A stretch of DNA of 20,000 nucleotides from an uncultured virus (IMG/VR IMGVR_UViG_3300030202_003905) (taxonomy: Duplodnaviria; Heunggongvirae; Uroviricota; Caudoviricetes): the IMG/VR virus record IMGVR_UViG_3300030202_003905. One strand, written 5' to 3'. Positions 1 to 9,466 of this stretch are shown here, in pieces. The stretch's first letter is position 1, and the number at the start of each line of letters is the position of its first letter. The translations under genes were made by a program, and so were the position numbers. The notes beneath the pieces were generated by a model. It had not been told where the DNA came from, ran no database searches, and worked only from the letters and a program-made list of their open reading frames with translations.

Positions 1-1074
1 TGTAATAGATTTTGTTCTGGTTTGCGTCGGTGTTCTGGTTCTCGTTGCCGTCGCACTACTGTTCTGAGTAGGTGATACAGATGCAGTTACTGCAGGTGTT
101 CCAGTATTTGTCTTTGATTTCGTTCTCGTTGGTGTTGCTGTTACACCAGCAGAAGGTGTTCCTGATCTTGAAACAGTTCTTGTTTGAGTTTGTGTAGATG
201 TTCTCGTTGGTGTTTGTGTGGGTGTTTCGGTTGCTGTTTGTGTAGGTGTTTGAGTAGCTGTTCTAGACCTCGTTGCTGTCTGTGAAGGTGTTCTTGTTCT
301 AGTTTGCGTTGATGTTTCGGTTTGAGATTTAGTTTGTGTGGGTGTTCTTGATCTTGTAGGGGTTTGCGTTCTCGTCTTTGTTTGTGTAGGCGTTTGGGTA
401 GGCGTTTCGGTTGTTGTTTGTGTAGGTGTTCTTGTTTTAGTCCCTGTAGGGGATTGTGTTACAGTTTGTGTTGGTGTTCTTGTTCTTGTAGGTGTAGGTG
501 TAACAGCAGTGGTGCCTGTTTTTGTTTTAGTTAGTGTAATTGATTTAGTTACTGTTTGTGTCTGTGTCTGAGTTTGTGTTTGTGTCTGTGTTTGAGTCTG
601 TGTTTGCGTAGTTGTAGCTGTTTGTGAAACTGTTTGAGTCTGAGTTTTTGTCCTAGTAGGTGTTTGTGTTTGAGTTTGAGTGACACTTACTGTCACGGTA
701 GGAGATACAGTAACTGTTTGGTCCTGTGTTGGAGTAGGTGTTGGAGATTCGTTTGGGGTTGATGTTGTTGTTCTCGTTTGAGTTGATGTAGGTGTAACGC
801 TTTTCGTTACAGTAGGTGTCGGTGTGGGTGTTGCAAATGTTAGGGTTGCAAACGGAGTAGGGGTTCTTGTTTTTGTTTGGGTTTGTGAAGACGTTATTGT
901 TGTTGTCGCGGTTGCTTCCGGTGTTCCTGTGACTGTTTTTGTAGTTGTAGCTTCAGGAGTAGAGGTAATTGATTGAGTAACCGTGGGTGTTTGAGTAACC
1001 GCTGGTGTTGGGGTAACAAATTGTTGTACCCCTAGGTTGACATAATCAATTACATTGCGTTTCTTTTGTGCCAC
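1..1074 (-). CDS. Mucin-like Thr/Gln/Pro/Arg-rich low-complexity protein, runs off the window start (not in ORF track)
   Basis: GTG at 1074, 5 nt after TAAATA. Reads MAQKKRNVIDYVNLGVQQFVTPTPAVTQTPTVTQSITST... and stays open as TQTPTRT repeats to position 1. Confidence 0.85.
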   Translation of the reverse strand, partial: MAQKKRNVIDYVNLGVQQFVTPTPAVTQTPTVTQSITSTPEATTTKTVTGTPEATATTTITSSQTQTKTRTPTPFATLTFATPTPTPTVTKSVTPTSTQTRTTTSTPNESPTPTPTQDQTVTVSPTVTVSVTQTQTQTPTRTKTQTQTVSQTATTTQTQTQTQTQTQTQTQTQTVTKSITLTKTKTGTTAVTPTPTRTRTPTQTVTQSPTGTKTRTPTQTTTETPTQTPTQTKTRTQTPTRSRTPTQTKSQTETSTQTRTRTPSQTATRSRTATQTPTQTATETPTQTPTRTSTQTQTRTVSRSGTPSAGVTATPTRTKSKTNTGTPAVTASVSPTQNSSATATRTRTPTQTRTKSIT

Positions 1075-1137
1075 AAATATATTTATTCTTCACACCCTAT
1101 CTTCAACAGATGTGAAAAAGATAAAGGTGTATATTTA

Positions 1138-3060
1138 TCAAGGTGTAGCTGATGGTGTTCTTGTTCTGGTTCTTGTGTGTGATGCAGTTTGTGTAGGAGT
1201 ATTTGTCTTTGATTTCGTTCTCGTTGGTGTTTGTGTAGCTGTTGGTGTTTGACTTCTAGTTCTCGTTCTCGTCCTTGTTTGAGTAATAGATTTTGTTCTT
1301 GTTTGTGTAGATGTTTGTGTAGGTGTTCTTGTTCTCGTAGGTGTTTGTGTTCTTGTAGATGTTTGTGTTTGAGTTGGTGTCTGTGTTGTTGATTGTGTTT
1401 GTGTCTGTGTTGGAGTTGCATCTTGTGTTCCAGATGGTGTTCTCGTTCTAGTAACTGATTGTGTAATAGATTTTGTTCTGGTTTGTGTTTGTGATTGCGT
1501 TGGTGTTTGTGTCGGAGTTGCACCTTGTGTTCCAGAAGGCGTTCTCGTTCTTGTAGGTGTTCCTGTAGCCGTTCTTGTTGTTGTAGCTGTTCTAGTTTTA
1601 GTATTTGTAGGTGTTACGGTAGGTGTTTGTGTTGGTGTTTGTGTTTGCGTCGGTGTTTGTGTAGGTGTTCCAGTTGGTGTTTCAGTTGGTGTTTGTGTTC
1701 TAGTTTGTGTAGGTGTTTGAGTTGGTGTGGATGTTTGTGTTTGCGTCGGTGTTTGTGTAGGACTAACCACTGGTGTTGGTGTTTCAGTTTGAGATGGTGT
1801 CCTGGTTCTTGTAACAGTATTAGTAGGAGTTTGAGTCTGAGTCGGTGTTTGAGTTTGAGAAGATGTCTGCGTTGGAGTTCTAGATTGCGTTCTCGTTTGT
1901 GTTGGTGTTTCAGTTTGAGATGGTGTCCTGGTTCTAGTTTTTGATTGTGTTGGTGTTTGTGTTTGTGTAGCTGTTTGTGTCTGAGTCTGTGTTTGTGATT
2001 GTGTAGGTGACTGAGTTCTAGTTTGTGTAGGTGTTTGTGTTGGTGTTCTAGTTGGAGTAGACGATTGTGTCTTAGATTTAGTTACTGAAGGCGTAACTGT
2101 TTGTGATGGTGTTCTTGTTCTTGTTGGAGAAGCCGTTTTAGTAGAGGTTTGTGTTTGTGTAGATGTTCTAGTACGTGTTGCAGTCTGTGTTGCAGTCTGT
2201 GTTTGCGTTTGTGTCTGTGACTGAGTCTGTGTTTGTGTTTGAGAAGCTGTTCTCGTTTGTGTTGGTGTTTCAGTTTGAGATGGTGTTCTAGTTCTTGTAA
2301 CTGATTGTGTAATAGATTTTGTTCTGGTTTGTGTCGGTGTCCGTGTACTTGTTTGTGTAGATGTTCTGGTTTGTGTTGGTGTTTGTGTTGGGGTAGCAGA
2401 ACTCCCATAGGTTGCAGATACAGTTACTGATGGTGTTTGAGTTGGTGTTCTAGATCTCGTTGCTGTCTGAGTCTGTGTCTGAGTCTGAGTTTTTGATTGA
2501 GTAGGTGATTGTGTTGTAGTATTAGAAGGGGTTCTAGTTCTTGTTGTAGAAGGTGATTGAGTAGGTGTTTGTGTTTGTGTAACTGTTTGGGTAGGTGTTC
2601 TAGTTTGTGTGGGTGTTCTTGTGTAGGTGATTGTTTGTGTTTGTGTTTGTGATCTGGTTCTTGTTTGCGTAGCTGTTCGAGTGACCGTCCTTGTAGGTGT
2701 ATTTGAACTAGTTGCTGTTTGTGATGGGGTTCTTGTTCTTGTTGGAGAAGATGTTTTAGTACATGTTGGCGTTCTCGTCTCTGTTGGTGTTTGTGTCTGT
2801 GTTTGAGTTTTAGTTTTTGTCTGGGTGGCTGACCTTGTGGGTGTTTGAGTAGTAGTTTGAGAAGGTGTCCTGCTTATTGTCGTTGTTTGAGTAGGTGTTC
2901 TTGAATTGGTAGGTGTTTGTGTAACCGTTCTTGTTTGTGTTGGTGTTTCGGATCTGGTTGGTGTAGCCCCAGCACCAAGAGGAAATTTACCTATATCACT
3001 CTGAATAACCGGAATCGCCTTTCCGTATTGTTTAATTAATTCTGGTACTGTTATAGGCAC
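1138..3060 (-). CDS. 640-aa mucin-like Thr/Gln/Pro/Arg/Ser-rich protein, probable virion surface/fibre protein
   Basis: ORF track. About 30-aa unique N-terminus then only [12 protein letters not shown] repeats. GTG start 5 nt after TAAATA. Confidence 0.85.
   Translation of the reverse strand: MPITVPELIKQYGKAIPVIQSDIGKFPLGAGATPTRSETPTQTRTVTQTPTNSRTPTQTTTISRTPSQTTTQTPTRSATQTKTKTQTQTQTPTETRTPTCTKTSSPTRTRTPSQTATSSNTPTRTVTRTATQTRTRSQTQTQTITYTRTPTQTRTPTQTVTQTQTPTQSPSTTRTRTPSNTTTQSPTQSKTQTQTQTQTATRSRTPTQTPSVTVSATYGSSATPTQTPTQTRTSTQTSTRTPTQTRTKSITQSVTRTRTPSQTETPTQTRTASQTQTQTQSQTQTQTQTATQTATRTRTSTQTQTSTKTASPTRTRTPSQTVTPSVTKSKTQSSTPTRTPTQTPTQTRTQSPTQSQTQTQTQTATQTQTPTQSKTRTRTPSQTETPTQTRTQSRTPTQTSSQTQTPTQTQTPTNTVTRTRTPSQTETPTPVVSPTQTPTQTQTSTPTQTPTQTRTQTPTETPTGTPTQTPTQTQTPTQTPTVTPTNTKTRTATTTRTATGTPTRTRTPSGTQGATPTQTPTQSQTQTRTKSITQSVTRTRTPSGTQDATPTQTQTQSTTQTPTQTQTSTRTQTPTRTRTPTQTSTQTRTKSITQTRTRTRTRSQTPTATQTPTRTKSKTNTPTQTASHTRTRTRTPSATP
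1451..2334. repeat. Exact internal DNA repeats in the Thr-rich genes
   Basis: 38-bp GTAACTGATTGTGTAATAGATTTTGTTCTGGTTTGTGT at 1451-1488 and 2297-2334 (24-bp core also at 1-24). 37-bp repeat at 1890-1926 and 2250-2286. 34-bp block shared by 103-136 and 1198-1231. Confidence 0.9.
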
Positions 3061-3068
3061 TAAAATAT

Positions 3069-3428
3069 TTATTTAGAAAGCTTTGCAATAAAAGATAAAA
3101 CTTCAGGATCAGTTTGATTATGTGTGACACTTGACAATGTATTGAAATCTGTAGTGCTAATAAATTTCTTTTTATTGTTTCCAAATATTATCTCTGTAAT
3201 AAGATTTTCATCTAATTGTGGTAAATCGCTAATGGTATCTTCATCACACAATTTTTCTCTAACACTATCAATACTATTACCTAATCTTAATAGTTTTTTA
3301 GCTTCTTTGCATATATATGTTGAATGTAGTTTATCTTCGTCACCAGCTTTTTCTACTTTTTTCAGATAATATGAATTTGCTATGGTTAAAGTTCTACCAC
3401 TAACGATGCACGAAAGTTTTTTTGCCAT
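3069..3428 (-). CDS. Hypothetical protein, paralog of 16274-16720 (KLxCIVxG family)
   Basis: ORF track; N-terminal similarity to 16274-16720; TATAAT 7 nt upstream of ATG. Confidence 0.85.
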   Translation of the reverse strand: MAKKLSCIVSGRTLTIANSYYLKKVEKAGDEDKLHSTYICKEAKKLLRLGNSIDSVREKLCDEDTISDLPQLDENLITEIIFGNNKKKFISTTDFNTLSSVTHNQTDPEVLSFIAKLSK

Positions 3429-3463
3429 TAATCATATTATAGAATGGTTCTTTAATACTCAAG

Positions 3464-3471
3464 TATAAATA
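3464..3471 (+). promoter_or_regulatory. T4-type late promoter TATAAATA
   Basis: Exact T4 late consensus 5 nt before ATG 3477. The TAAATA core recurs before many other starts in 1-12.6 kb. Confidence 0.75.
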
Positions 3472-3476
3472 TCTAT

Positions 3477-4163
3477 ATGGCAGATCAGATTACAAAGATC
3501 TTAATAAGAAGTGGTACAACAGAAGAAAAAGATACAATCACTTTGGATGCCGCTGAATTAGGTTACGCAACAGATTCTAAAAAACTTTGGGTTGGGGATG
3601 GCGAGACTAAAGGCGGAAATATTGTTGGGCAAAAATTTTATATTAGTAACCTAAACACTGACCTTAACAAAACTAATACAATTCAATATGCAGTATCTGG
3701 TGATTTATGTTTTGATTTGCAAGACAATACCTTAAAAGCTCTATCTGGTTCAAATGCATTAACACCAGAAGAGTGGGCTATAGTTGCAAATGCTAGAGGA
3801 GATAGTGCAACAGAAGGAACAGTTACCGAAATATTTACAGGTAATGGGTTAATGATTAATGGTGATACATCTAATACAACAACACTTATGACTACAGGAA
3901 CGGTGGGTGTTAATATAGATAATATTTCAACCGGATCAAAACCAGAAATTCTTCAATTAAGTTTATCGGGAATAAGAGCTGACTGGGGTGTACTATATCC
4001 TATAGGATCAGTTATATGGTCTAGTGATATTAATTATTCTAGCAACCCAACTGAGGTAGGTAATTGGTTAGAAGGATCTGGCCTAGTTTGGGCTCCAGCA
4101 GGTACGTCTGAAACATTAGGATCAGGTGCTTCATCACTATCTGCATGGAAACGTACCGGATAA
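3477..4163 (+). CDS. Tail fibre/baseplate-associated protein with Mtd N-terminal-like domain
   Basis: ILIRSGT...LDAAELGYATDSKKLWVGDG matches the Mtd_N-type motif (RRGT..GE.G..TD...VGDG). C-terminal LYPIGSVIWS..NP..W resembles gp10-C/collar-type ends. Confidence 0.7.
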   Translation: MADQITKILIRSGTTEEKDTITLDAAELGYATDSKKLWVGDGETKGGNIVGQKFYISNLNTDLNKTNTIQYAVSGDLCFDLQDNTLKALSGSNALTPEEWAIVANARGDSATEGTVTEIFTGNGLMINGDTSNTTTLMTTGTVGVNIDNISTGSKPEILQLSLSGIRADWGVLYPIGSVIWSSDINYSSNPTEVGNWLEGSGLVWAPAGTSETLGSGASSLSAWKRTG

Positions 4164-4177
4164 ACATAAATAACAAT

Positions 4178-4951
4178 ATGGCACGTTACGACGATTTAAT
4201 CAATAACCTTTTAGGTAAGTATATTATCGGAGAAGGCAACCGAGATGTAAGAGACAAAAAGAATAAACCCAAAAGATCCAAAGGCGCTCCGGAGCAGAAA
4301 TTCGATAAAGACGAACCGGATGATGATGATACCACATTAAGGAAACATGGCCTTAAAGAAAATATTGAAGGTGTCGGTCTTGCAGGGATTATGGGAATGG
4401 GTGGTACTGGTGAAAAGTATGCACCTCCAGGATGGAGCTTTGTTCATGATGAAGATGCTGAAGAGCATGACAAAACAGGCCATCTTTCAGATAAAGAGCT
4501 ATTAGCACAAGTTCGTAAAAGAGGAACAGCAGGTAAGGCTTTACTTGCACGTGCAAAAAGCGAAATCAGAAATCACAAAAGTATTACACCTGAAACAAGA
4601 GATGCATTAGCAAGAGATTTATATGCACCTTGGGCAGATGAAGATGAATCCCATAAAGAAAAGACTTTTGGCGGTAACAAAGGTGACAGAGTACGTCGTT
4701 ATAATAAAAAAACAGGACGTAAGAGCGAAGTAAGAGATTACGGTAGCGGTAGTCATCCTGAAGAGAGCGAAGAAAGACCTTCTGCGGGCCTGTCAAAAAA
4801 AAAGAAAAGCGCGGTAGCTAAGAAAGCCAGGGCTGGTGGCGACATAGGCAAAAAAGGAAAAGGTTTTGATAAAGTAGCTAAAGCAGCCGGTGGTGGTGAA
4901 AAAGGACAAAAGATAGCAGCTGCGGCAATGTGGAAAAACGTTAAGAGGTGA
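4178..4951 (+). CDS. Highly charged late protein, probable internal head protein (start revised to ATG 4178)
   Basis: TAAATA at 4167-4172 then ATG 5 nt later. Lys/Gly/Ala-rich C-terminus and Glu-rich linkers. Confidence 0.75.
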   Translation: MARYDDLINNLLGKYIIGEGNRDVRDKKNKPKRSKGAPEQKFDKDEPDDDDTTLRKHGLKENIEGVGLAGIMGMGGTGEKYAPPGWSFVHDEDAEEHDKTGHLSDKELLAQVRKRGTAGKALLARAKSEIRNHKSITPETRDALARDLYAPWADEDESHKEKTFGGNKGDRVRRYNKKTGRKSEVRDYGSGSHPEESEERPSAGLSKKKKSAVAKKARAGGDIGKKGKGFDKVAKAAGGGEKGQKIAAAAMWKNVKR

Positions 4952-5310
4952 TATCGTTCGAAAAATTTTACCTAACAGAAGTAGGTAATGCATCGGGGCA
5001 TTTTGATAGAGTCAAAAATGGCCCCGATATTTTAGCTGTAGGTAGACCTCTAGGTAGTCTCAAAGCAGGGCAAGGAGGGTTTAAAGGAGGGGGAAATATT
5101 CACGTGCCAGATGTTTCTCAAATTAATATACCCACTGAATTATTAAAAGGTAAAAAATGTAAGCGTTGTGAAATGCTTAAAAAGAAGAAAAATAAAAAGG
5201 ATAGTGTAGCTCCTGATAAATTAGATGCACAAGCCGTAGTTGATGAACCAATGAAAAATACGCCTCAATTTATTTCTACTAATGCAGGAACCCAAGGCGG
5301 TTGGTATTAA
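4948..5310 (+). CDS. Hypothetical protein with capsid-targeting-like N-terminus and CxxC
   Basis: GTGA overlap with upstream stop; MISFEKFYLTE; CKRC. Confidence 0.7.
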   Translation: MISFEKFYLTEVGNASGHFDRVKNGPDILAVGRPLGSLKAGQGGFKGGGNIHVPDVSQINIPTELLKGKKCKRCEMLKKKKNKKDSVAPDKLDAQAVVDEPMKNTPQFISTNAGTQGGWY

Positions 5311-6131
5311 GGTAAATTTAATTCTTGTCCAATTTGAAGTTTTTTAGGATTAACTCCAGGGTTAGCTTTTATTAAATCGTTTACATTAACTCTTTGAATA
5401 TTTGCAATTTTAGTAAATGTATCGCCTTGTTTAACTATAACAGAAGTTTCTTCAGAATCTTTTTTGCCTTTAGATGGATCAACAAATTGTCTATCTTTTA
5501 AAAATAAATCAAAGAACATTTTATTTCTTCTAGTTAACGGTTTACCTTGAGCAGATCTTTCATATTCTTTTACCATCCCATCAATATTATTAGCTAACGC
5601 TGCTCTCGTAAATTTCGGAAATTCTTTTACAAATTTAGGTCCTAAATTATATGCAAAATCTATAAACATTTGTTTTCTTTTCATATCTAGATTTTCATAC
5701 TCTTTTCCTAATTTTTGCTTTACAATATTTTCAGCATTCATTAAATCTCTTTTAAGAAGATTTTCTGCATCACTATTAGATATTCCTTGAGAATACCTTT
5801 CCGTTCTTCCAAGTTTATGACCATAAGCTATTGTATCTGTTCCGCCTTCATAGCTAGCATGTGGATACCACCTACCATTTTTAAAGCCTGTTTTACCGGC
5901 ATTTTCTGCTGATTTAATATATTCAACAAATTCTCTATCCATTTTTGGATCCATCTCACCTATTGGTTTTTCTATAGCAGTATTGGCTACATCAGAAGCA
6001 GTTAAGTTATTAGCACCCACCATAGAACCTAAACCTATTGCTGCAGCTGCTCCAGCGCCTTTAATTATATCTTTCAATCCTTCTTCTTGAACTGTATAAG
6101 CTTCATAGATAAGATAATTATCTTTGTTCAT
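5307..6131 (-). CDS. Phage lysozyme (GH24/T4-lysozyme-like) with C-terminal LysM domain
   Basis: E...WYPH..EGG..TIAYGHKL, FIDFAYNLG, FPKF..A, L.RR motifs. LysM VKQGDTFTKIA...V.DLIKANPGVNPKKLQIGQELNLP. Confidence 0.88.
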   Translation of the reverse strand: MNKDNYLIYEAYTVQEEGLKDIIKGAGAAAAIGLGSMVGANNLTASDVANTAIEKPIGEMDPKMDREFVEYIKSAENAGKTGFKNGRWYPHASYEGGTDTIAYGHKLGRTERYSQGISNSDAENLLKRDLMNAENIVKQKLGKEYENLDMKRKQMFIDFAYNLGPKFVKEFPKFTRAALANNIDGMVKEYERSAQGKPLTRRNKMFFDLFLKDRQFVDPSKGKKDSEETSVIVKQGDTFTKIANIQRVNVNDLIKANPGVNPKKLQIGQELNLP

Positions 6132-6140
6132 TTAATATAT

Positions 6141-6620
6141 TTATTCCCACGGAAAGACTAACCATGATTTAGGATCAGTTATTTGAGAATAATATGTTGG
6201 TTTTACTCTTGGTTCATACGAATCATTCTTCTTCAAATATAGTACAGCAGTATCAAAATCGTAGGTAAGTTTGTTTCTATATTTGAGATATCCGAGGATC
6301 TTTTCTACTTCATATATTGTTTCTCCTCTATCTATTAGATCATCAATAACCAATATTCTTTTTCTGCCCTTTAAGTCACTCCAATTAATAGATGTAATAA
6401 ATTGAACATCATGAGCAAATTCATCAACATATGATTTTAATGATACTGTTAATACGTGTTTAATCTTTAAAGCTTTTGCTATTATGCAAGTAGGAACTAA
6501 ACCACCATTTGCTATACCCAATATACAATCATAATCTTTTTCGGATGCTTTAATTTTTGATACTATATTGTCAGTATCTTTTTTAATATCGGTCCAAGTA
6601 AGTATAGTTTTTTCTGACAT
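6141..6620 (-). CDS. Type I phosphoribosyltransferase, xanthine/guanine PRT-like (start revised to ATG 6620)
   Basis: ILGIANGGLVP, PRPP-binding RILVIDDLIDRGET, C-terminal WLVFPWE. Confidence 0.9.
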   Translation of the reverse strand: MSEKTILTWTDIKKDTDNIVSKIKASEKDYDCILGIANGGLVPTCIIAKALKIKHVLTVSLKSYVDEFAHDVQFITSINWSDLKGRKRILVIDDLIDRGETIYEVEKILGYLKYRNKLTYDFDTAVLYLKKNDSYEPRVKPTYYSQITDPKSWLVFPWE

Positions 6621-6624
6621 CAAC

Positions 6625-6771
6625 CTATGATAAAACACTAACCGGGGGTATCAAGACGTATTCTGGAGTTGTATCAAATTCATCTTTTGATTTGCAACCG
6701 GCAATTAATATTATCATAATTATCATTATACCTAAAATAATACCACACTCTTTTTTATCACATTTTTTCAT
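6625..6771 (-). CDS. Small putative lipoprotein, 48 aa (not in ORF track)
   Basis: MKKCDKKECGIILGIMIIMIILIAGCKSKDEF...; ATGA overlap with upstream stop; lipobox-like IAGC. Confidence 0.6.
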   Translation of the reverse strand: MKKCDKKECGIILGIMIIMIILIAGCKSKDEFDTTPEYVLIPPVSVLS

Positions 6772-7247
6772 ATCAACACAAAAAATATCGATTCTTTTTC
6801 GCTCTTGGATAGCTCTACTTCTTTGCCATCTTGAGGTTCTATAAATCTAACAGTTAGTTTATCGTCAACTTTTGTTACGATAATATTAATAGCATGACCA
6901 CCTCTTCCATCCCTTTCATACCAAATAACACCCACAGCTACAGATTGTTTTTTTGAATTGTCATCTTTATCAGTCTGAGCTTTAGAATGAACTATTTGCA
7001 TAAACACTCTAAAAGCTTCTGCGTAATTATCGCAATCGAATGTATGTCTCCATCCTAATATACCTCTCTTGAACAACCAATCTTTAAATCTTGAATATCC
7101 TTCGCCTTTAATATAGTCTAAAGAATAAAGAACATAATTGGCATCTGGAGCATGTATTATAGGAGTATTAATGCCTCCTTGTGCGTTGAGAACTCGTGTG
7201 AGTTCTGATCTCGGTAATCTGGTCATTTCTGTATTAACTAATAACAA
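6768..7247 (-). CDS. Papain/transglutaminase-like Cys peptidase resembling the MOA lectin C-terminal (Agglutinin_C) domain
   Basis: FDCDNYA (Cys), GHAINI (His), FIEPQ (Glu) triad pattern. Start could be TTG 7247 or ATG 7226. Confidence 0.7.
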   Translation of the reverse strand: MLLVNTEMTRLPRSELTRVLNAQGGINTPIIHAPDANYVLYSLDYIKGEGYSRFKDWLFKRGILGWRHTFDCDNYAEAFRVFMQIVHSKAQTDKDDNSKKQSVAVGVIWYERDGRGGHAINIIVTKVDDKLTVRFIEPQDGKEVELSKSEKESIFFVLI

Positions 7248-7263
7248 ACTTTAAGTATTTAAT

Positions 7264-7289
7264 AAAAAAAGCGGCCATAAAGGCCGCTT
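7264..7289 (-). terminator. Rho-independent terminator
   Basis: AAGCGGCC-tttat-GGCCGCTT followed by a T-run on the minus strand, just after 7311-7829. Confidence 0.85.
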
Positions 7290-7310
7290 ACAATATGATA
7301 TGTACTATTA

Positions 7311-7829
7311 TTAGAGTGTAAAGTCTGTATAGCCTTTCAAAGGATTCTCTAAAGCATTTGTATCACCCGATACTGGATCAACACCAGCTTCAATTCCAGC
7401 TGCTATAGCTTTTAAAACTTTAACTGCTTTGTCTTTATTTGCAATATTATCTTTAACATTAGCAGCATAAAAACCATTATATGCAGATAATCCTAAATCT
7501 AATGCACCAATAACAGCAGTATTAAAAGGTACAGGGACCTTTTCATTAATACCATCAGATAAATATTTTTTTACCACTGTAGGTTCTACTTTTCCGTCAG
7601 TTACTAAACCGTTAAGAATAGAAGCTGCGTCCGTAAAATACCCTCTTACTTTTTCTTTATCTTGAACTGTTGCAAGATAAGTTTTAGTAGAGAATGTAAC
7701 ACCATTTTCAACAACAAGCAAAATAGTATTTAATTTTTTCTCCGCGGCTTGTTCGGGAGTTAAGTTTTCGTTGGAAGTACATCCAGTTAAAAACAGAGCC
7801 AACAGGGGTAGTAAAAGTAAATTTCTCAT
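7311..7829 (-). CDS. Lipoprotein
   Basis: MRNLLLLPLLALFLTGC signal peptide with lipobox; TAAATA 8 nt upstream. Confidence 0.85.
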   Translation of the reverse strand: MRNLLLLPLLALFLTGCTSNENLTPEQAAEKKLNTILLVVENGVTFSTKTYLATVQDKEKVRGYFTDAASILNGLVTDGKVEPTVVKKYLSDGINEKVPVPFNTAVIGALDLGLSAYNGFYAANVKDNIANKDKAVKVLKAIAAGIEAGVDPVSGDTNALENPLKGYTDFTL

Positions 7830-7840
7830 ATCAAAAGTAT

Positions 7841-8146
7841 TTATCTAATATTGCTAGATAAACGCTGTTCTAGGTCAGCTAATTTAGATATCACATTATC
7901 TATTTCAGCTGTATTCATACCTTTTTGTCTATGAGTTTTTAAAAATTCAATAATAGTTCCTGCGGTTGCCTTTTCTTTTGATATTGGTCCGTGGTCCTCT
8001 TCACCTTCTGAGGCTGCAGTGCTTCTATACTCTGCCGGAGTTAATCCTTGATTAGTATGCTGTTGGCTGTTACCCGTTTGCGCATCTTGGGTTTGTAAAG
8101 AATCAAACCCTTCTTGGTGGATAGTCCACAATTCGTCAAACTTCAT
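7841..8146 (-). CDS. Hypothetical late protein
   Basis: ORF track; TAAATA 5 nt upstream; MKFDEL..QEG N-terminus. Confidence 0.8.
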   Translation of the reverse strand: MKFDELWTIHQEGFDSLQTQDAQTGNSQQHTNQGLTPAEYRSTAASEGEEDHGPISKEKATAGTIIEFLKTHRQKGMNTAEIDNVISKLADLEQRLSSNIR

Positions 8147-8972
8147 AATTATATTTAGTCAAAGCACCATTAACAATCTTATCAAACATTTTAGTGTTAT
8201 AGTTAATTGCATCCATTTGATCGTCAGTTATTTCAACATCAATTTGCTCAAATAGTTTTAATTTTGGTTTATCATCCATACCAAAATCACCATTATAATA
8301 ATTTTCTTCAATACCAACCGTAACCGGATTTGATGTATCAACAGATCTAATATTATAAATGTCATTCTTTCGATACCACGAAAACTCTCTTGCTAAAGAA
8401 CAACCTAACAAGTGATGAGGTTTATCCCAATTCCAATGCCCTTCATCAATAAGTCTTTGCACTAGTTGTTGTCGTCCTGATGCGCATTTTTCTAGTATTG
8501 TTCTTCCCATACCTGTAACACCATACATACTAAAATCAAAACTAATTCCAATATAGTCAGCCCAAGTTGACATAAACTTATAACAATCTACTACTTCTTG
8601 CCAACAGCTCCCTTGTACAACCCCAATAGCTTTACCCGGTACGTTATCAAAATTGGTCATAAAAGTTTCATACTTATGAATAGTAGAATAGCCATCTTCT
8701 AAAACATCAGGTACAATATAAAAATTAGGTTTAATTATTCTAGCCCACTCTACATATTTTTCTGAATCAAAAGATTCACCTAACTCAAAAATTGAATTAT
8801 CTAAAAGTATTTGACCATTAGGTCTTAGAGCTCTATATCTTTCAGTAAACCACTCTCTATATTTCTCTTGTTCTTCCAACAAGTGGACTAAACAATATTG
8901 ATAGTCATTAAACACTAACGACTCTTCTAAAATCGAAACTGGGCATTCATGTGAAACTAATGTTCTGTTCAT
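8136..8972 (-). CDS. TGT-fold (queuine tRNA-ribosyltransferase/DpdA-like) transglycosylase
   Basis: LLDNSIFELG, IVPDVLED, GVVQG, HHLLG, SVDTSNP occur in the order typical of TGT-like TIM barrels. Confidence 0.7.
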   Translation of the reverse strand: MNRTLVSHECPVSILEESLVFNDYQYCLVHLLEEQEKYREWFTERYRALRPNGQILLDNSIFELGESFDSEKYVEWARIIKPNFYIVPDVLEDGYSTIHKYETFMTNFDNVPGKAIGVVQGSCWQEVVDCYKFMSTWADYIGISFDFSMYGVTGMGRTILEKCASGRQQLVQRLIDEGHWNWDKPHHLLGCSLAREFSWYRKNDIYNIRSVDTSNPVTVGIEENYYNGDFGMDDKPKLKLFEQIDVEITDDQMDAINYNTKMFDKIVNGALTKYNYEV

Positions 8973-8978
8973 ACGTCT

Positions 8979-9006
8979 ATTATAGATTAAAACTGAATAA
9001 CGTCAA
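8979..9006 (-). promoter_or_regulatory. Sigma70-type promoter, leaderless geometry
   Basis: TTGACG-N16-TATAAT-N6-ATG(8972). Confidence 0.7.
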
Positions 9007-9452
9007 TTAGGAAAAGGCCATACATATTCTAGATCATCTTTTTCTTGAGGCCAAACTTGTCTATAAAAGTCAGGTTGTTTTTGAATTAGCCTACTCCTAT
9101 GCGATTGATGAATATCTTTTCTTCCTAACCATTTAGGGTATACATGGGGTTTATTTTTATTATAATGTGCACCTATTTTATGAAAACATGTGTCTTTATA
9201 TCCTCTTTCTTTCCATGCTATACAAACATCTAATCCGTATTCTACTAAAGCATTAGAATAGTCGTGTTTATCTTTAATATACCACATATGTCTGCAAGGA
9301 TGATTTTTCCATCCTTTGTAAGGTGTACCTTCCTTTGAAGCTTTGATTGAATTTAGGAGTTGTAAAACTTCAACTCTTTGTTTACCTAATCTTTTTTGAT
9401 CAAGCACTTTAGCGCTTTTGTAAAAATTATTATAAGGCAAAAACGTTTGCAT
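9003..9452 (-). CDS. Pyrimidine-dimer DNA glycosylase-like protein (MSMEG_6728/DenV-related family)
   Basis: MQTFLPY..F..SA..LD.KRLGKQRVE..Q, GW.NHP...MW, P.WLG...H.SH.S.L..K...Y, Y.WP. Upstream TTGAAA-N16-TATAAT-N6-ATG. Confidence 0.85.
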   Translation of the reverse strand: MQTFLPYNNFYKSAKVLDQKRLGKQRVEVLQLLNSIKASKEGTPYKGWKNHPCRHMWYIKDKHDYSNALVEYGLDVCIAWKERGYKDTCFHKIGAHYNKNKPHVYPKWLGRKDIHQSHRSRLIQKQPDFYRQVWPQEKDDLEYVWPFPN

Positions 9453-9466
9453 TACCTTATTATAAA

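Noticed and set aside
338..2408. Val/Cys-rich plus-strand ORFs and His/Gln-rich alternative-frame ORFs (338, 1055, 1083, 1495, 2082)
   Set aside because: Shadows of the Thr-rich repeat genes; low-complexity DNA lacks stops in other frames.
1..3060. CRISPR array or telomere-like GT repeats
   Set aside because: No constant repeat with unique spacers; the periodicity is codon-level and explained by Thr-rich ORFs.
3477..4163. Diversity-generating retroelement target suggested by the Mtd-N-like domain
   Set aside because: No C-type lectin variable region, template repeat or reverse transcriptase in the window; Mtd-N-like domains are common in fibres without DGRs.
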